Source: Flavobacteriales bacterium
GTDB lineage: Bacteria > Bacteroidota > Bacteroidia > Flavobacteriales > BACL11
Assembly (NCBI GenBank): GCA_002705205.1
Contig: PAHP01000012.1
Coordinates: 42,615-106,614, forward strand
DNA: 64,000 nucleotides
Direction: 5' to 3'
In this document: piece after piece, positions 19,400-29,425 of the stretch
Numbering within the stretch: position 1 is the stretch's first letter
How the letters are laid out: each line of letters begins with the position of its first letter
Position numbers and translations under genes: made by a program
The notes under the pieces: model-generated
What the model saw: the letters and a program-made list of their open reading frames with translations, nothing else
Told to the model about the DNA's origin: nothing
Database searches by the model: none

Positions 19400-20254
19400 A
19401 TGCAAGATAACGAAAGTTTAAATAGTTTTTTTAAAAAGGTATTACACAAATATCGTTTTGTTATAATGACTGATGATTCTTTTGAAGAAAAGCTTTCGGT
19501 AAAATTAAGTCGGTTAAATGTTTTTTCTTTTTTAGTTTTTATAATTTTCATCTGCTTTTTTTTGATGGCTATCTTAATTACCTATACCCCACTAAAAGAG
19601 TTTATCCCTGGTAAATCAACCTCACAAGTAAAAAAAGAGTTGATTGCACTTACAATTAAATCTGACTCTTTAACAAAAACATTGCAAAATAGAGGTGTTT
19701 ACTTAGAAAATATAACTAATATTATCAGTGGAAAGAAATTAATTACACCTCAAATGTCTGACACTTTCAGAAAAAAAGAAAGTGATGTTTTTTTTGAAAA
19801 ATCAAAAGACGATTCTCTTTTAAGGGTTGCTGTAGAAAGGGAAGATAGAAGCTCTATTATTGTTCAAAAAAATAATCGTAATGATCTTATTGCTTTTTAC
19901 TCTCCTATCGATGGAGTTATTACAGACAAATTCGACCGTAAAGCAAAACATTTTGGAGTTGACTTGGTTGCAAAAGAGAAAACTAGGATTTCTTCCGTTC
20001 TGGAGGGGACTGTTATAATCAGTGATTGGACGTCTGAAACGGGCTATGTAATAGGCATTCAACACAAGAACAATTATTTTTCTTTATATAAACACAACTC
20101 AGTATTATTAAAGTCTGTCGGTGATTTTGTAAATGCTAGTGACCATATTGCAATTATTGGAAATTCTGGAGAACTTTCTTCTGGGCCGCACTTACATTTT
20201 GAATTATGGCACAAGGGAAATCCTGTTAATCCTGAAAACTATATTTCATTTTAG
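19400..20254 (+). CDS. M23 family metallopeptidase (canonical active site)
   Basis: N-terminal TM segment, then HFGVDLVA (HxxxD) and GNSGELSSGPHLHFELW (HxH). The track ORF starts at 19382; I prefer ATG 19400, which sits just downstream of a GATATTTG near-match -7 box. Confidence 0.85.
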   Translation: MQDNESLNSFFKKVLHKYRFVIMTDDSFEEKLSVKLSRLNVFSFLVFIIFICFFLMAILITYTPLKEFIPGKSTSQVKKELIALTIKSDSLTKTLQNRGVYLENITNIISGKKLITPQMSDTFRKKESDVFFEKSKDDSLLRVAVEREDRSSIIVQKNNRNDLIAFYSPIDGVITDKFDRKAKHFGVDLVAKEKTRISSVLEGTVIISDWTSETGYVIGIQHKNNYFSLYKHNSVLLKSVGDFVNASDHIAIIGNSGELSSGPHLHFELWHKGNPVNPENYISF

Positions 20255-20255
20255 C

Positions 20256-21743
20256 ATGGGGATTAAATCAATTTTAAGCCTCCCTTTTGCTAAATATATT
20301 GTTTTAAAAAACAGTAAATGGAAAAACAATGCGATTAAGGCCCAAGAAAAAATAATGTCGGAATTATTAATTCAAGCAAAAAATACGGTTTTTGGAAAAG
20401 ATCATGCGTTTTCAAAAATCAAAAACTACTCTGATTTTAAAAATCAGGTCCCTATAAGAGATTATGAAGGGTTGACAAATTATATTCAAAAAATAGTTGA
20501 AGGTAAGGCAAGTGTTCTTTGGCCTGGAAAGCCTATTTATTTTTGCAAAACATCTGGAACAACATCTGGAACAAAATATATTCCTATCACCAAAGAGAGC
20601 ATGCCAAATCATATAACCGCTGCTCGTGACGCAATACTTAGTTATATTGCTGAAACTAAAAAAACTTCTATTATAAATGGAAAAATGATTTTCTTACAAG
20701 GAAGCCCTGAGCTTTCAAAAACAGGAAATATATTAACTGGGCGTCTTTCGGGAATTGTTGCTCATCATATTCCTAGTTATTTAACAAAAAATCGTTTACC
20801 CTCTTTTAAGACTAATTGTATTGCTGAATGGGAAGAAAAAATAGATGCAATTGTTGAGGAAACGGTTATAGAAAAAATGACTTTAATATCAGGAATTCCT
20901 CCTTGGGTACAAATGTATTTTGAAAAACTACAATTAAAAACAGGAAAACTGATAAAAGATGTTTTCCCGGATTTTAATCTGTTTATTTATGGTGGTGTAA
21001 ATTATGAGCCTTATCGTAAAACATTTGAAAAACTGATTGGAAAGAAAATAGATGGGGTTGAATTATATCCAGCTTCAGAAGGTTTTATTGCTTATCAAGA
21101 TTCACAAAAAATTAAAGGAATGCTTCTTTGTGTAAATCATGGAATATTTTATGAGTTTATAGAAACAAAAACGTTTTTTGAAAAAAACCCTAACCGAATA
21201 TCTCTTGCTGACGTTGTTTTGGGTGTTGATTATGTTATTATATTAAATACAAATGCTGGGCTTTGGGGGTATAATATTGGAGATACTATAAAGTTTGTTT
21301 CTGTTAATCCTTATAGAATTATTGTAAGTGGTAGAATTAAGCATTTCACCTCTGCATTTGGAGAACACGTAATCGCTGAAGAGGTGGAGGGCTCATTACA
21401 GGAAACAATCGAGTCTATTCCTGCAGAGATTAATGAGTTTCATGTTGCTCCAATGGTAAATACAGAAACAGGCCTTCCTTATCACGAGTGGTTTATTGAA
21501 TTTGAAAAAGAACCTGTTGATATAAAAAAATTTAGTTTGTTGATTGATAAAAAACTTCAAAAATATAACTCCTACTATAAAGATTTGGTTAGGGGTAAAG
21601 TTTTACAACCTTTGAAAATTACAATTATTAGGAAAAGCGGTTTTAGAAGATACATGAAGTCAATTGGCAAGTTAGGTGGACAGAACAAAGTGCCAAGACT
21701 AGCAAATGACAGAAAAATTGCTGATAAATTAAAAATGTTTTAA
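20256..21743 (+). CDS. GH3 (auxin-responsive promoter) family acyl-adenylate-forming protein
   Basis: About 495 aa from ATG 20256 (MGIKSILSLPFAKYIV...), with FCKTSGTTSGTKYIP and the typical bacterial GH3-family layout. The track's upstream extension overlaps the M23 gene. Confidence 0.8.
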   Translation: MGIKSILSLPFAKYIVLKNSKWKNNAIKAQEKIMSELLIQAKNTVFGKDHAFSKIKNYSDFKNQVPIRDYEGLTNYIQKIVEGKASVLWPGKPIYFCKTSGTTSGTKYIPITKESMPNHITAARDAILSYIAETKKTSIINGKMIFLQGSPELSKTGNILTGRLSGIVAHHIPSYLTKNRLPSFKTNCIAEWEEKIDAIVEETVIEKMTLISGIPPWVQMYFEKLQLKTGKLIKDVFPDFNLFIYGGVNYEPYRKTFEKLIGKKIDGVELYPASEGFIAYQDSQKIKGMLLCVNHGIFYEFIETKTFFEKNPNRISLADVVLGVDYVIILNTNAGLWGYNIGDTIKFVSVNPYRIIVSGRIKHFTSAFGEHVIAEEVEGSLQETIESIPAEINEFHVAPMVNTETGLPYHEWFIEFEKEPVDIKKFSLLIDKKLQKYNSYYKDLVRGKVLQPLKITIIRKSGFRRYMKSIGKLGGQNKVPRLANDRKIADKLKMF

Positions 21744-22900
21744 TGGAAAAAAAGAAAAAGCAAATAGCAGTTTTAGGGTCGACCGGTTCTATAGGAACAC
21801 AAGCTTTAGAGGTTATTTCAGAGCATCCAAACTTATTTGATGTTGAGGTGTTAACCGCAAACAATAATAGCAAGCTCTTAATAAAACAGGCTAAAAAATT
21901 CAAACCCAACACTGTTGTTATCACTAATGAAAAAAAATATACTGAAGTTAATGATGCTCTTTTTAATTTAGGTATAAAGGTTTTTGCAGGAAAAAAATCA
22001 TTGGAAGAAGTTGTTGAGGGAGAAAATATTGACCTTGTCTTAACAGCGCTTGTTGGTTATTCTGGTTTAAAACCAACAATTAGGGCAATAAAATCATCTA
22101 AAAATATTGCGCTTGCAAACAAGGAGACGTTAGTTGTTGCTGGTGATTTAATTACAAAATTATGCCAAGAATATGGAGTTCAAATTTATCCGGTTGATTC
22201 TGAGCATTCAGCAATATTTCAATGTTTAGTTGGTGAGACTTACAGCCCAATTGAAAAAATTTACTTAACCGCATCTGGAGGTCCGTTTAGGGGCTGGAGT
22301 AAAGCTGAGCTTAAGAACATAACAAAAGAACAGGCATTAAAACACCCTAATTGGGATATGGGGGCAAAAATCACAATTGATAGTGCTTCATTAATGAACA
22401 AGGGACTGGAGGTTATTGAGGCGAAGTGGCTCTTTGATTTAAGAGCAGAACAAATTGAGGTTGTGGTTCATCCACAATCTATTATTCATTCTGCAGTGCA
22501 GTTTGAAGATGGGTCAATAAAAGCACAAATAGGTTTGCCAGACATGAAGCTTCCGATACAATATGCTTTGGGTTTTCCTGAAAGATTAAAAAATAATTTT
22601 AGGCGTTTTTCGTTTATGGATTATCCTCAATTTACTTTTGAAAAACCTGAATTTGAAACCTTTAGAAACTTGCAATTAGCTTATAATGCAATGCAAAAAG
22701 GAGGAAATATGCCTTGTATTTTAAATGCAGCAAATGAGGTTGCTGTATCTGCATTTTTAAAAGATAAAATTGGGTTTTTAAATATGTCTGATTTAATTGC
22801 AGATTGTATGGAAAAAATTACTTTTGTGGATAATCCTAGTTTGGAAGATTATGTAGCTACAAATAACGCCACAAGAATATTGGCAAATGAATTATTATAG
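21743..22900 (+). CDS. dxr: 1-deoxy-D-xylulose-5-phosphate reductoisomerase
   Basis: 385 aa with GSTGSIGTQAL, LANKE, DSEHSAIFQC and NKGLEVIEA. TAATG overlap with the GH3 gene. Confidence 0.97.
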   Translation: MEKKKKQIAVLGSTGSIGTQALEVISEHPNLFDVEVLTANNNSKLLIKQAKKFKPNTVVITNEKKYTEVNDALFNLGIKVFAGKKSLEEVVEGENIDLVLTALVGYSGLKPTIRAIKSSKNIALANKETLVVAGDLITKLCQEYGVQIYPVDSEHSAIFQCLVGETYSPIEKIYLTASGGPFRGWSKAELKNITKEQALKHPNWDMGAKITIDSASLMNKGLEVIEAKWLFDLRAEQIEVVVHPQSIIHSAVQFEDGSIKAQIGLPDMKLPIQYALGFPERLKNNFRRFSFMDYPQFTFEKPEFETFRNLQLAYNAMQKGGNMPCILNAANEVAVSAFLKDKIGFLNMSDLIADCMEKITFVDNPSLEDYVATNNATRILANELL

Positions 22901-24238
22901 ATGGAATTTTTAATTAAGGCATCACAACTCATTATGAGTTTATCAATCCTAGTAATCTTACATGAGCTAGGCCATTTTATACCCGCAAAACTATTCAAAA
23001 CAAGAGTAGAAAAATTCTATCTTTTTTTTGATCCTTGGTTTTCGTTAGTAAAGAAAAAAATTGGGGATACCGAGTATGGTATTGGTTGGCTACCTCTTGG
23101 TGGGTATGTAAAAATATCAGGTATGATTGATGAAAGTATGGATAAAGAGCAAATGGGAAAACCTGCTGAAAGTTGGGAGTTTAGGGCAAAACCTGCTTGG
23201 CAAAGACTAATTATTATGCTTGGGGGTGTAACGGTAAATTTGTTGTTGGGTGTTTTTATTTACTCTATGACTCTTTATGTTTATGGAGATAAATACTTGC
23301 CAAATGAGAATGTAATTGACGGGGTATGGTGTGTAAGTGAAATGGCAACTGAGCTTGGTTTTAAAAATGGAGATAAGTTTATTTCTGCTGATGGAGAGAA
23401 GATTGATCGTTTTTTAGATGTTTTAGAAAAAGTAATTGTCTCAAAAGTAATTACTGTTGATAGGGGGGGGGTTAATACTGACATTAATATGCCTGTTGAT
23501 GTAATTGACCGGTTCTTAAAAAATGGTGGTGAAACTTTGTTTTATCCAAGAATCCCTACTGTTATAAATACGGTTATGGAGGGGTCAAATGCTGAATTAG
23601 CTGGCTTAAAAACAAAAGATGTAATTGTTGGAGTTAACGGCGTTTCTGTATTATATTTTGATGAATTTAAGACTGAATTAGAAAAATATAAAGGAGAAAA
23701 TATTACTCTTTTAGTTGAAAGGGGTGAAGAGGAGGTTTTGCTTTCTACTATTGTTGATTCAGGTGGAAAAATTGGGTTTTCTAGAGCTAACTTCTCTTTA
23801 AAACAATTAGAAGATATGGGCTTTTATTCTCTTTCGTCTTATAAGTATGGTTTTTTTAATTCATTTCCTGCCGGCTACAACAAAGCGTTTAAAAAACTCG
23901 GCAGTTATATTGATCAATTTGTGTTAATCTTAAGCCCCAGCACAGGCGCTTATAAGGGTATGGGTGGTTTTGGTGCTATTGGTTCATTGTTTCCTGCAAC
24001 TTGGAATTGGGAAATGTTTTGGAACTTGACTGCTTTTTTATCTTTAATGCTTGCTTTTATGAATGTGTTGCCAATACCAGCCTTAGACGGTGGGCATGTT
24101 GCGTTCTTGCTTTATGAAATTATTTTTGGCAAGGCTGCTCCAGAAAAAGTAATGGAATATGCTCAAGTTGTGGGAATGATTGTTTTACTTAGTTTACTTA
24201 TATTTGCTAATGGTAATGATATTTTAAAATTATTTTAA
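22901..24238 (+). CDS. rseP: RIP metalloprotease RseP (site-2 protease)
   Basis: 445 aa with the HELGH zinc motif in TM1, PDZ segments, and C-terminal NVLPIPALDGGH. Confidence 0.9.
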   Translation: MEFLIKASQLIMSLSILVILHELGHFIPAKLFKTRVEKFYLFFDPWFSLVKKKIGDTEYGIGWLPLGGYVKISGMIDESMDKEQMGKPAESWEFRAKPAWQRLIIMLGGVTVNLLLGVFIYSMTLYVYGDKYLPNENVIDGVWCVSEMATELGFKNGDKFISADGEKIDRFLDVLEKVIVSKVITVDRGGVNTDINMPVDVIDRFLKNGGETLFYPRIPTVINTVMEGSNAELAGLKTKDVIVGVNGVSVLYFDEFKTELEKYKGENITLLVERGEEEVLLSTIVDSGGKIGFSRANFSLKQLEDMGFYSLSSYKYGFFNSFPAGYNKAFKKLGSYIDQFVLILSPSTGAYKGMGGFGAIGSLFPATWNWEMFWNLTAFLSLMLAFMNVLPIPALDGGHVAFLLYEIIFGKAAPEKVMEYAQVVGMIVLLSLLIFANGNDILKLF

Positions 24239-24239
24239 C

Positions 24240-25514
24240 TTGTTTGAGACACTAACAGCATATCACCTAATTATTATCTTCTCGGTAACAATTATTATTT
24301 CTTATTTCTTTAATTTATATGCAAAAAGATCAGGAATTCCTGCTGTTTTATTGTTAATTGGTTTGGGGATTTTTATCAACTATGGTTTAAGATTCTCTGG
24401 TTTTCCAAAACCTGATTTATTGCCAATATTAGAGGTTTTAGGTGTTGTTGGTTTAATACTGATTGTATTAGAAGCTGCTCTTGATTTACAACTTTTAAAA
24501 GAAAAAATAGGCTTAATAATAAGGTCTTTTTTAGTGGCTCTTATAGGTTTAGGGGGGACGGCATATTTAGCGGCATTTGCGCTTAATTATTTAATGGGAA
24601 TAGATCTTTTAATCGGCATGCTTTATACTATCCCTCTTTCTATATTAAGCTCTGCTATTATTTTACCAAGCATAAGTGATTTAGGCGAAAACAAGCGTGA
24701 ATTCATGATTTACGAAAGCACTTTCTCTGATATTATTGGAATAGTTGGTTTTTATAGTGTGCTTACAATGGCGGGCTCACAAACAAAGGGCAGTGTTTAT
24801 GGTGAGGTGTTTGGGAACCTGCTTATAACCATTCTATTATCTGTTCTATTGTCTTATATTCTTATTTATGTATTCCAAAAAATAAAAGGACATGTAAAGT
24901 TATTTTTACTTATTGCCATTCTACTTCTTCTTTATGCTGTGGGTAAAATGTTCCACCTATCATCATTAATCATCATACTTATTTTTGGTGTGATCCTTAA
25001 TAATTACAAAGTGTTTTTTAGAGGGGGTTTAATGAGTCTTTTAACAGAAGAAAGGGTGAAGGGGGTTCTTGATGACATGAAGGTTATAACTGCCGAAACC
25101 GCTTTTGTTGTTCGAACATTCTTCTTTATTATTTTTGGTTGGTCTGTTTTTTTAGGTTCGTTATTAAACCTTAAGGTAATTGGTATTGGCCTGCTTATTT
25201 TAGTAATTATTTATGTTGTTAGGGCTGTTGTGTTGTTTGCGTTTAACGGAAGGGATATTCTTCCTCAACTTTTTTTAGCACCAAGGGGTCTTATTACAAT
25301 ATTACTGTTTTTTGCAATTCCTGAAGAGCTTTCTGCTGGAAAAGAGTTTCAGGGAGTCTTGCTTTTTGTAATTTTAATAAGCTGTTTGTTTATGACTCGC
25401 TCTTTAATTTCCCATAAAAACAAACTGGCTAAATCTGAGGAGTCAAAAGACAGTGTATTATTAAAAAATAATTTTGAGCCTGATTCACCAGAAGAAGAAA
25501 CAGAAGGGGGTTAG
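24240..25514 (+). CDS. Cation:proton antiporter family membrane protein
   Basis: 424 aa, roughly 11-12 TM segments, Na+/H+-exchanger-like organisation, acidic C-terminal tail, TTG start per the track. Confidence 0.65.
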   Translation: MFETLTAYHLIIIFSVTIIISYFFNLYAKRSGIPAVLLLIGLGIFINYGLRFSGFPKPDLLPILEVLGVVGLILIVLEAALDLQLLKEKIGLIIRSFLVALIGLGGTAYLAAFALNYLMGIDLLIGMLYTIPLSILSSAIILPSISDLGENKREFMIYESTFSDIIGIVGFYSVLTMAGSQTKGSVYGEVFGNLLITILLSVLLSYILIYVFQKIKGHVKLFLLIAILLLLYAVGKMFHLSSLIIILIFGVILNNYKVFFRGGLMSLLTEERVKGVLDDMKVITAETAFVVRTFFFIIFGWSVFLGSLLNLKVIGIGLLILVIIYVVRAVVLFAFNGRDILPQLFLAPRGLITILLFFAIPEELSAGKEFQGVLLFVILISCLFMTRSLISHKNKLAKSEESKDSVLLKNNFEPDSPEEETEGG

Positions 25515-25561
25515 AGATTAGTCTTTCTTATTTTTCACATCTTTTTATCATATTCTTTTGT

Positions 25562-25569
25562 TATTTTTG
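25562..25569 (+). promoter_or_regulatory. -7 promoter box TATTTTTG upstream of the aldehyde dehydrogenase gene
   Basis: Exact TAnnTTTG match 28 nt upstream of ATG 25598. Confidence 0.35.
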
Positions 25570-25597
25570 GACTCTCATTTTATAAAAACAAATCACA

Positions 25598-27130
25598 ATG
25601 ATTGATATTAAAAAAGCATTATCTATATTAGGAATTAAAGAATCTAACAACGGTAGTTCAATAGGAATTGTTTCTTTTGGGGGTGGGGATGAAATTAAAT
25701 CTTACTCTCCGGTAGACGGGCGTTTAATAGGTGGTGTGACCTCCACAACAAGCGAAGAGTATGAAAAGGTTATGCAGGCGGCAACATCCGCATTTAAAGA
25801 TTGGAGGTTAAAGCCCGCTCCTATTAGGGGTGAAATTGTACGTCAATATGGAGAAAAATTGCGACTATATAAACAGCCTTTAGGGGAATTAGTTTCTTAT
25901 GAAATGGGAAAAAGTCTACAAGAAGGCTTGGGCGAGGTGCAGGAAATGATTGATATTTGTGATTTTGCAGTTGGGCTTTCGCGTCAACTTCATGGATTAA
26001 CCATGCACTCTGAAAGGCCAGGACACAGAATGTATGAGCAATATCACTCGCTTGGTGTGGTTGGAATTATTTCTGCCTTCAATTTCCCTGTTGCTGTTTG
26101 GAATTGGAACACTGCTTTAGCTTGGATTTGCGGCGACACTTGTGTTTGGAAGGCATCTGAAAAGGCTCCACTGTGTGCTGTTGCTTGTCAGAACATCTGG
26201 AATGAGGTTGCAAAAGAAAATGATCTGCCTGATGGTATTTCTTGTATTATCAATGGCGATTATAGAGTGGGAGAAATGATGACTGCTGATGACAGGCTTC
26301 CTCTAATTTCAGCTACAGGATCAACAAGAATGGGAAGGATTGTTGGGGCTAGAGTTGCAGAAAGGTTTGGAAAATCATTATTAGAGTTAGGTGGAAATAA
26401 TGCTATTATTATTACGCCTGAAGCCGATTTAGAAATTACAATTATTGGATCTTTATTTGGGGCTGTTGGCACCTGTGGCCAAAGGTGTACATCAACAAGA
26501 AGATTAATTATTCATGAGTCTGTTTATGATGAGGTAAAAAATAAGTTGGTAAAAGCATATTCTCAATTAAGCATTGGAAACCCTTTAGACGAAAGCAATC
26601 ATGTGGGGCCTCTTATTGATTCTGATGCGGTAAACATGTATTTAAACGCTATTGAAAAAGCAAAACTGGAAGGGGGCAATGTATTGGTTGAGGGTGGTGT
26701 TTTGGATGGGAAGGGGTATGAAAGTGGTTGTTATGTGAGGCCTGTGATTATTGAGGCAGAAAACCATTTTAAAATAGTACAAGACGAAACCTTTGCTCCT
26801 ATTTTATATATCATGAAATACTCTACTATAGAAGAGGCTATTAATATGCAGAATGGGGTAAAACAAGGATTGTCTTCTGCTATTATGACCACTAATTTAA
26901 GAGAGGCTGAAAAATTCTTATCTGTTGCTGGAAGTGATTGTGGTATTGCAAATGTAAATATAGGAACAAGCGGAGCTGAAATTGGCGGAGCTTTTGGTGG
27001 TGAAAAAGAAACCGGAGGAGGAAGAGAAAGTGGTAGTGATGCTTGGAAGATTTATATGAGGCGGCAAACAAACACTATTAATTATACTAAAGAACTTCCT
27101 TTAGCTCAGGGAATAAAGTTTGATTTATAG
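25598..27130 (+). CDS. Aldehyde dehydrogenase family protein (ALDH7 / aminoadipate-semialdehyde dehydrogenase-like)
   Basis: 510 aa with LELGGNNA and the catalytic Cys context FGAVGTCGQRCTSTRR. Confidence 0.88.
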   Translation: MIDIKKALSILGIKESNNGSSIGIVSFGGGDEIKSYSPVDGRLIGGVTSTTSEEYEKVMQAATSAFKDWRLKPAPIRGEIVRQYGEKLRLYKQPLGELVSYEMGKSLQEGLGEVQEMIDICDFAVGLSRQLHGLTMHSERPGHRMYEQYHSLGVVGIISAFNFPVAVWNWNTALAWICGDTCVWKASEKAPLCAVACQNIWNEVAKENDLPDGISCIINGDYRVGEMMTADDRLPLISATGSTRMGRIVGARVAERFGKSLLELGGNNAIIITPEADLEITIIGSLFGAVGTCGQRCTSTRRLIIHESVYDEVKNKLVKAYSQLSIGNPLDESNHVGPLIDSDAVNMYLNAIEKAKLEGGNVLVEGGVLDGKGYESGCYVRPVIIEAENHFKIVQDETFAPILYIMKYSTIEEAINMQNGVKQGLSSAIMTTNLREAEKFLSVAGSDCGIANVNIGTSGAEIGGAFGGEKETGGGRESGSDAWKIYMRRQTNTINYTKELPLAQGIKFDL

Positions 27131-27140
27131 TTTTTTATTA

Positions 27141-27896
27141 CTACCAAATATATCCTATTCCAAAAGACACGCTTAAAAATCTAATTTTTAATTTCTGCTC
27201 TGGTATGGCGTTTTTATAAGACGCTCCTGAGTCTTCAGTTGTTTTAACTCTTCTTTTTGGAATTTTTGGGTTTAGTGCAAAGTAGTCTATACCCCCTGTT
27301 ATCGCCCAACGGTCACTTATATAGTATTTTCCACCTAAACCTAAAGAAATTCCTGTAATTGGATCTGATTTTTTACTTTGAGTGTTGTGGCTACCTCCTT
27401 CTGGAATTAAAATATCAGAAGTGTCTGTCCAGGCAACATTAATTTCTGGAGACCTCACAAAAGGAGCGATGACTGCAGACGCTTTAATGTTAAAATCAAA
27501 AGGCTCGCTAGAGGTTGAAAGGAAAAAACCCACGGTGTGCGTTGAAAAAGACCAATAGTCGTTATCTGTTTCTGGATCAATATAGTAGTTTCCGTTCTGC
27601 TGCTCTACTTTTATAAACTCATTTGTGTATGCGTTTTCATCTATTGAATGGCTGTGTTTCCACCAAGAATAGGAGGCCCCTATATTTTTATAAAATCTAT
27701 ATTGAACATCAATAAATTTCATTGTGTATCCATACTCTGCAAAACCAACATCTTTATAGTCCGACTGATCTGTTTCTAGTCCAGCATAAACACCAAAAGG
27801 AAGTGAACCCCCTAGTCCAATTCCAACATACTTCTCTTGGGTAAAGGCTTCTAGAGTTAGTGTTATAAAACCAATAATTAAAAATATTTTTTTCAT
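27141..27896 (-). CDS. Putative outer-membrane beta-barrel protein
   Basis: 251 aa with a signal peptide, alternating aromatic/Gly beta-strand pattern, and a C-terminal FGIGYIW ending in an aromatic residue. Confidence 0.45.
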   Translation of the reverse strand: MKKIFLIIGFITLTLEAFTQEKYVGIGLGGSLPFGVYAGLETDQSDYKDVGFAEYGYTMKFIDVQYRFYKNIGASYSWWKHSHSIDENAYTNEFIKVEQQNGNYYIDPETDNDYWSFSTHTVGFFLSTSSEPFDFNIKASAVIAPFVRSPEINVAWTDTSDILIPEGGSHNTQSKKSDPITGISLGLGGKYYISDRWAITGGIDYFALNPKIPKRRVKTTEDSGASYKNAIPEQKLKIRFLSVSFGIGYIW

Positions 27897-27956
27897 TTTT
27901 AAAGCTAATAATTTTTGTAAATTTATAAAATAGATGTTCTTTTTTATCTTTATTAT

Positions 27957-28988
27957 CTACTCTTTTTTATCCACAACCAATCTTTTGTCTCTGTTTGCAA
28001 GCTCCCAGGCTGTTAAAAAAACAAGTTTTGTAATTTTTTTAATTTTAAAAAAATCTATTTTTTCTATTGTGTCTGTTGGTTTATGATAGTCTTCATGAAT
28101 CCCATTAAAATAGAATATTACAGGAATATTGTTTTTTGCAAAATTATAATGGTCTGAACGATAATAATATCTATTTGGATCGTCTTCCTTATTAAATGTA
28201 TAGTCTAAATCTAGTTTGGTGTATTTTTTATTTGTTTCTTCACTAATATTATGGAGTTCTGTACTTAACATATCAGAACCTATTAAATATACATAATTAG
28301 GGTCGGTGTGAAAATCTCCTATTCTTCCTATCATATCAATATTTAAATTTGCAACGGTTTTTTCTAAAGGATATATGGGGTTTTCTGTATAATATTTACT
28401 TCCTAAAAGACCCTTTTCTTCTCCAGAAACAAGCATAACAAGAATAGACCTTCTTGGTCCATATCCTTCTTTTTTAGCAAGCATAAAAGCTTCTGCTATT
28501 TCCATTGCAGCAACAGTTCCACTACCATCATCGTCTGCTCCATTAAAAATTAAACTATCGTGCTTTCCTAAGTGGTCATAGTGAGCTGTTATTATAATAA
28601 TTTCTTCTTTTAAATCTGTTCCTTCTATATAGCCTAAAACATTTTCTCCTTTTATTTTTTTCTTTTGACCTAAAAGTTTTTTTATAAAAGGCATGTCACA
28701 ATCATCACACTTACAAAGATGTCTTCCTGAATTAACTTTAAATTTTTGATAATATGTCTTTTTTTTATATGGTGGTATTCCTATATTTCTAAAATGATTT
28801 GCAATATAATTAGCGGCCATTTTTTGTCCTGGTTTTCCGGTTTCTCTTCCTTCTAATGAGTCAGAAGCTAATACTTTTAAATATTTTTTTAGTTCGTCTA
28901 CAACAATTGTCTCTGAAAACTTTATATTTTCTTGTGGAAAGCATAAATAATTACAAAAAACAAAAAATATTATATATTTTTTTTTCAT
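27957..28988 (-). CDS. M28 family peptidase
   Basis: 343 aa with a signal peptide and ITAHYDHLG, GADDDGSG, SGEEKGLLGS and NIDMIG. Confidence 0.85.
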   Translation of the reverse strand: MKKKYIIFFVFCNYLCFPQENIKFSETIVVDELKKYLKVLASDSLEGRETGKPGQKMAANYIANHFRNIGIPPYKKKTYYQKFKVNSGRHLCKCDDCDMPFIKKLLGQKKKIKGENVLGYIEGTDLKEEIIIITAHYDHLGKHDSLIFNGADDDGSGTVAAMEIAEAFMLAKKEGYGPRRSILVMLVSGEEKGLLGSKYYTENPIYPLEKTVANLNIDMIGRIGDFHTDPNYVYLIGSDMLSTELHNISEETNKKYTKLDLDYTFNKEDDPNRYYYRSDHYNFAKNNIPVIFYFNGIHEDYHKPTDTIEKIDFFKIKKITKLVFLTAWELANRDKRLVVDKKE

Positions 28989-29425
28989 TAATTATTTTCT
29001 ATTTTAATTTTATTTACTCTTCTTTCATGCCTTCCTCCTTCAAAGTCTGTATTTAAAAATATATCTACAATTTTTTTTACTTCTTGCCATTCTAAATGTC
29101 TGGCTGGCATAGTTAAAACATTAGCATTATTGTGTAGTCTTGCTTGTTCTGCAATATGAGTATTCCAACAAAGAGCAGCTCTAATTCCTTGATGTTTATT
29201 AGCTGACATATTTATTCCATTTCCTGTTCCACAAAATTGAATTCCTAATTTATTTTTTCCTTTTTCAATACTTTCTGCCAGTTTATGTGCAAAATCAGGA
29301 TAATCTACACTCTCTAAAGAATAACATCCATAATCCATTATTTCATTGTTTTTACTAGATAAATATTCTTTTATTTTTTCTTTATATTTAAATCCTGCAT
29401 GATCACAAGCTATTCCTATTTTCAT
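28988..29425 (-). CDS. rpiB: Ribose 5-phosphate isomerase B
   Basis: 145 aa, MKIGIACDHAGFKYKEKI..., GIQFCGTGNGINMSANK. TAATG overlap with the M28 gene. Confidence 0.92.
   Translation of the reverse strand: MKIGIACDHAGFKYKEKIKEYLSSKNNEIMDYGCYSLESVDYPDFAHKLAESIEKGKNKLGIQFCGTGNGINMSANKHQGIRAALCWNTHIAEQARLHNNANVLTMPARHLEWQEVKKIVDIFLNTDFEGGRHERRVNKIKIENN

Noticed and set aside
20133-20255. Longest-ORF N-terminal extensions in the track (GH3 gene 20133, atpB 15650, pheS 44540, lipoprotein 44514, holB 47015, lysS 57100)
   Set aside because: The extensions overlap upstream genes, or contain the TAnnTTTG promoter box itself (atpB, lysS, the 44556 gene), or add residues with no homology before a Met that matches the family N-terminus. 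I preferred the internal ATG starts.
27967-27975. Perfect consensus DnaA box TTATCCACA
   Set aside because: It is a single isolated copy inside the 3' end of the M28 peptidase coding sequence. There is no cluster of boxes or adjacent AT-rich unwinding element, so it is probably a chance occurrence.
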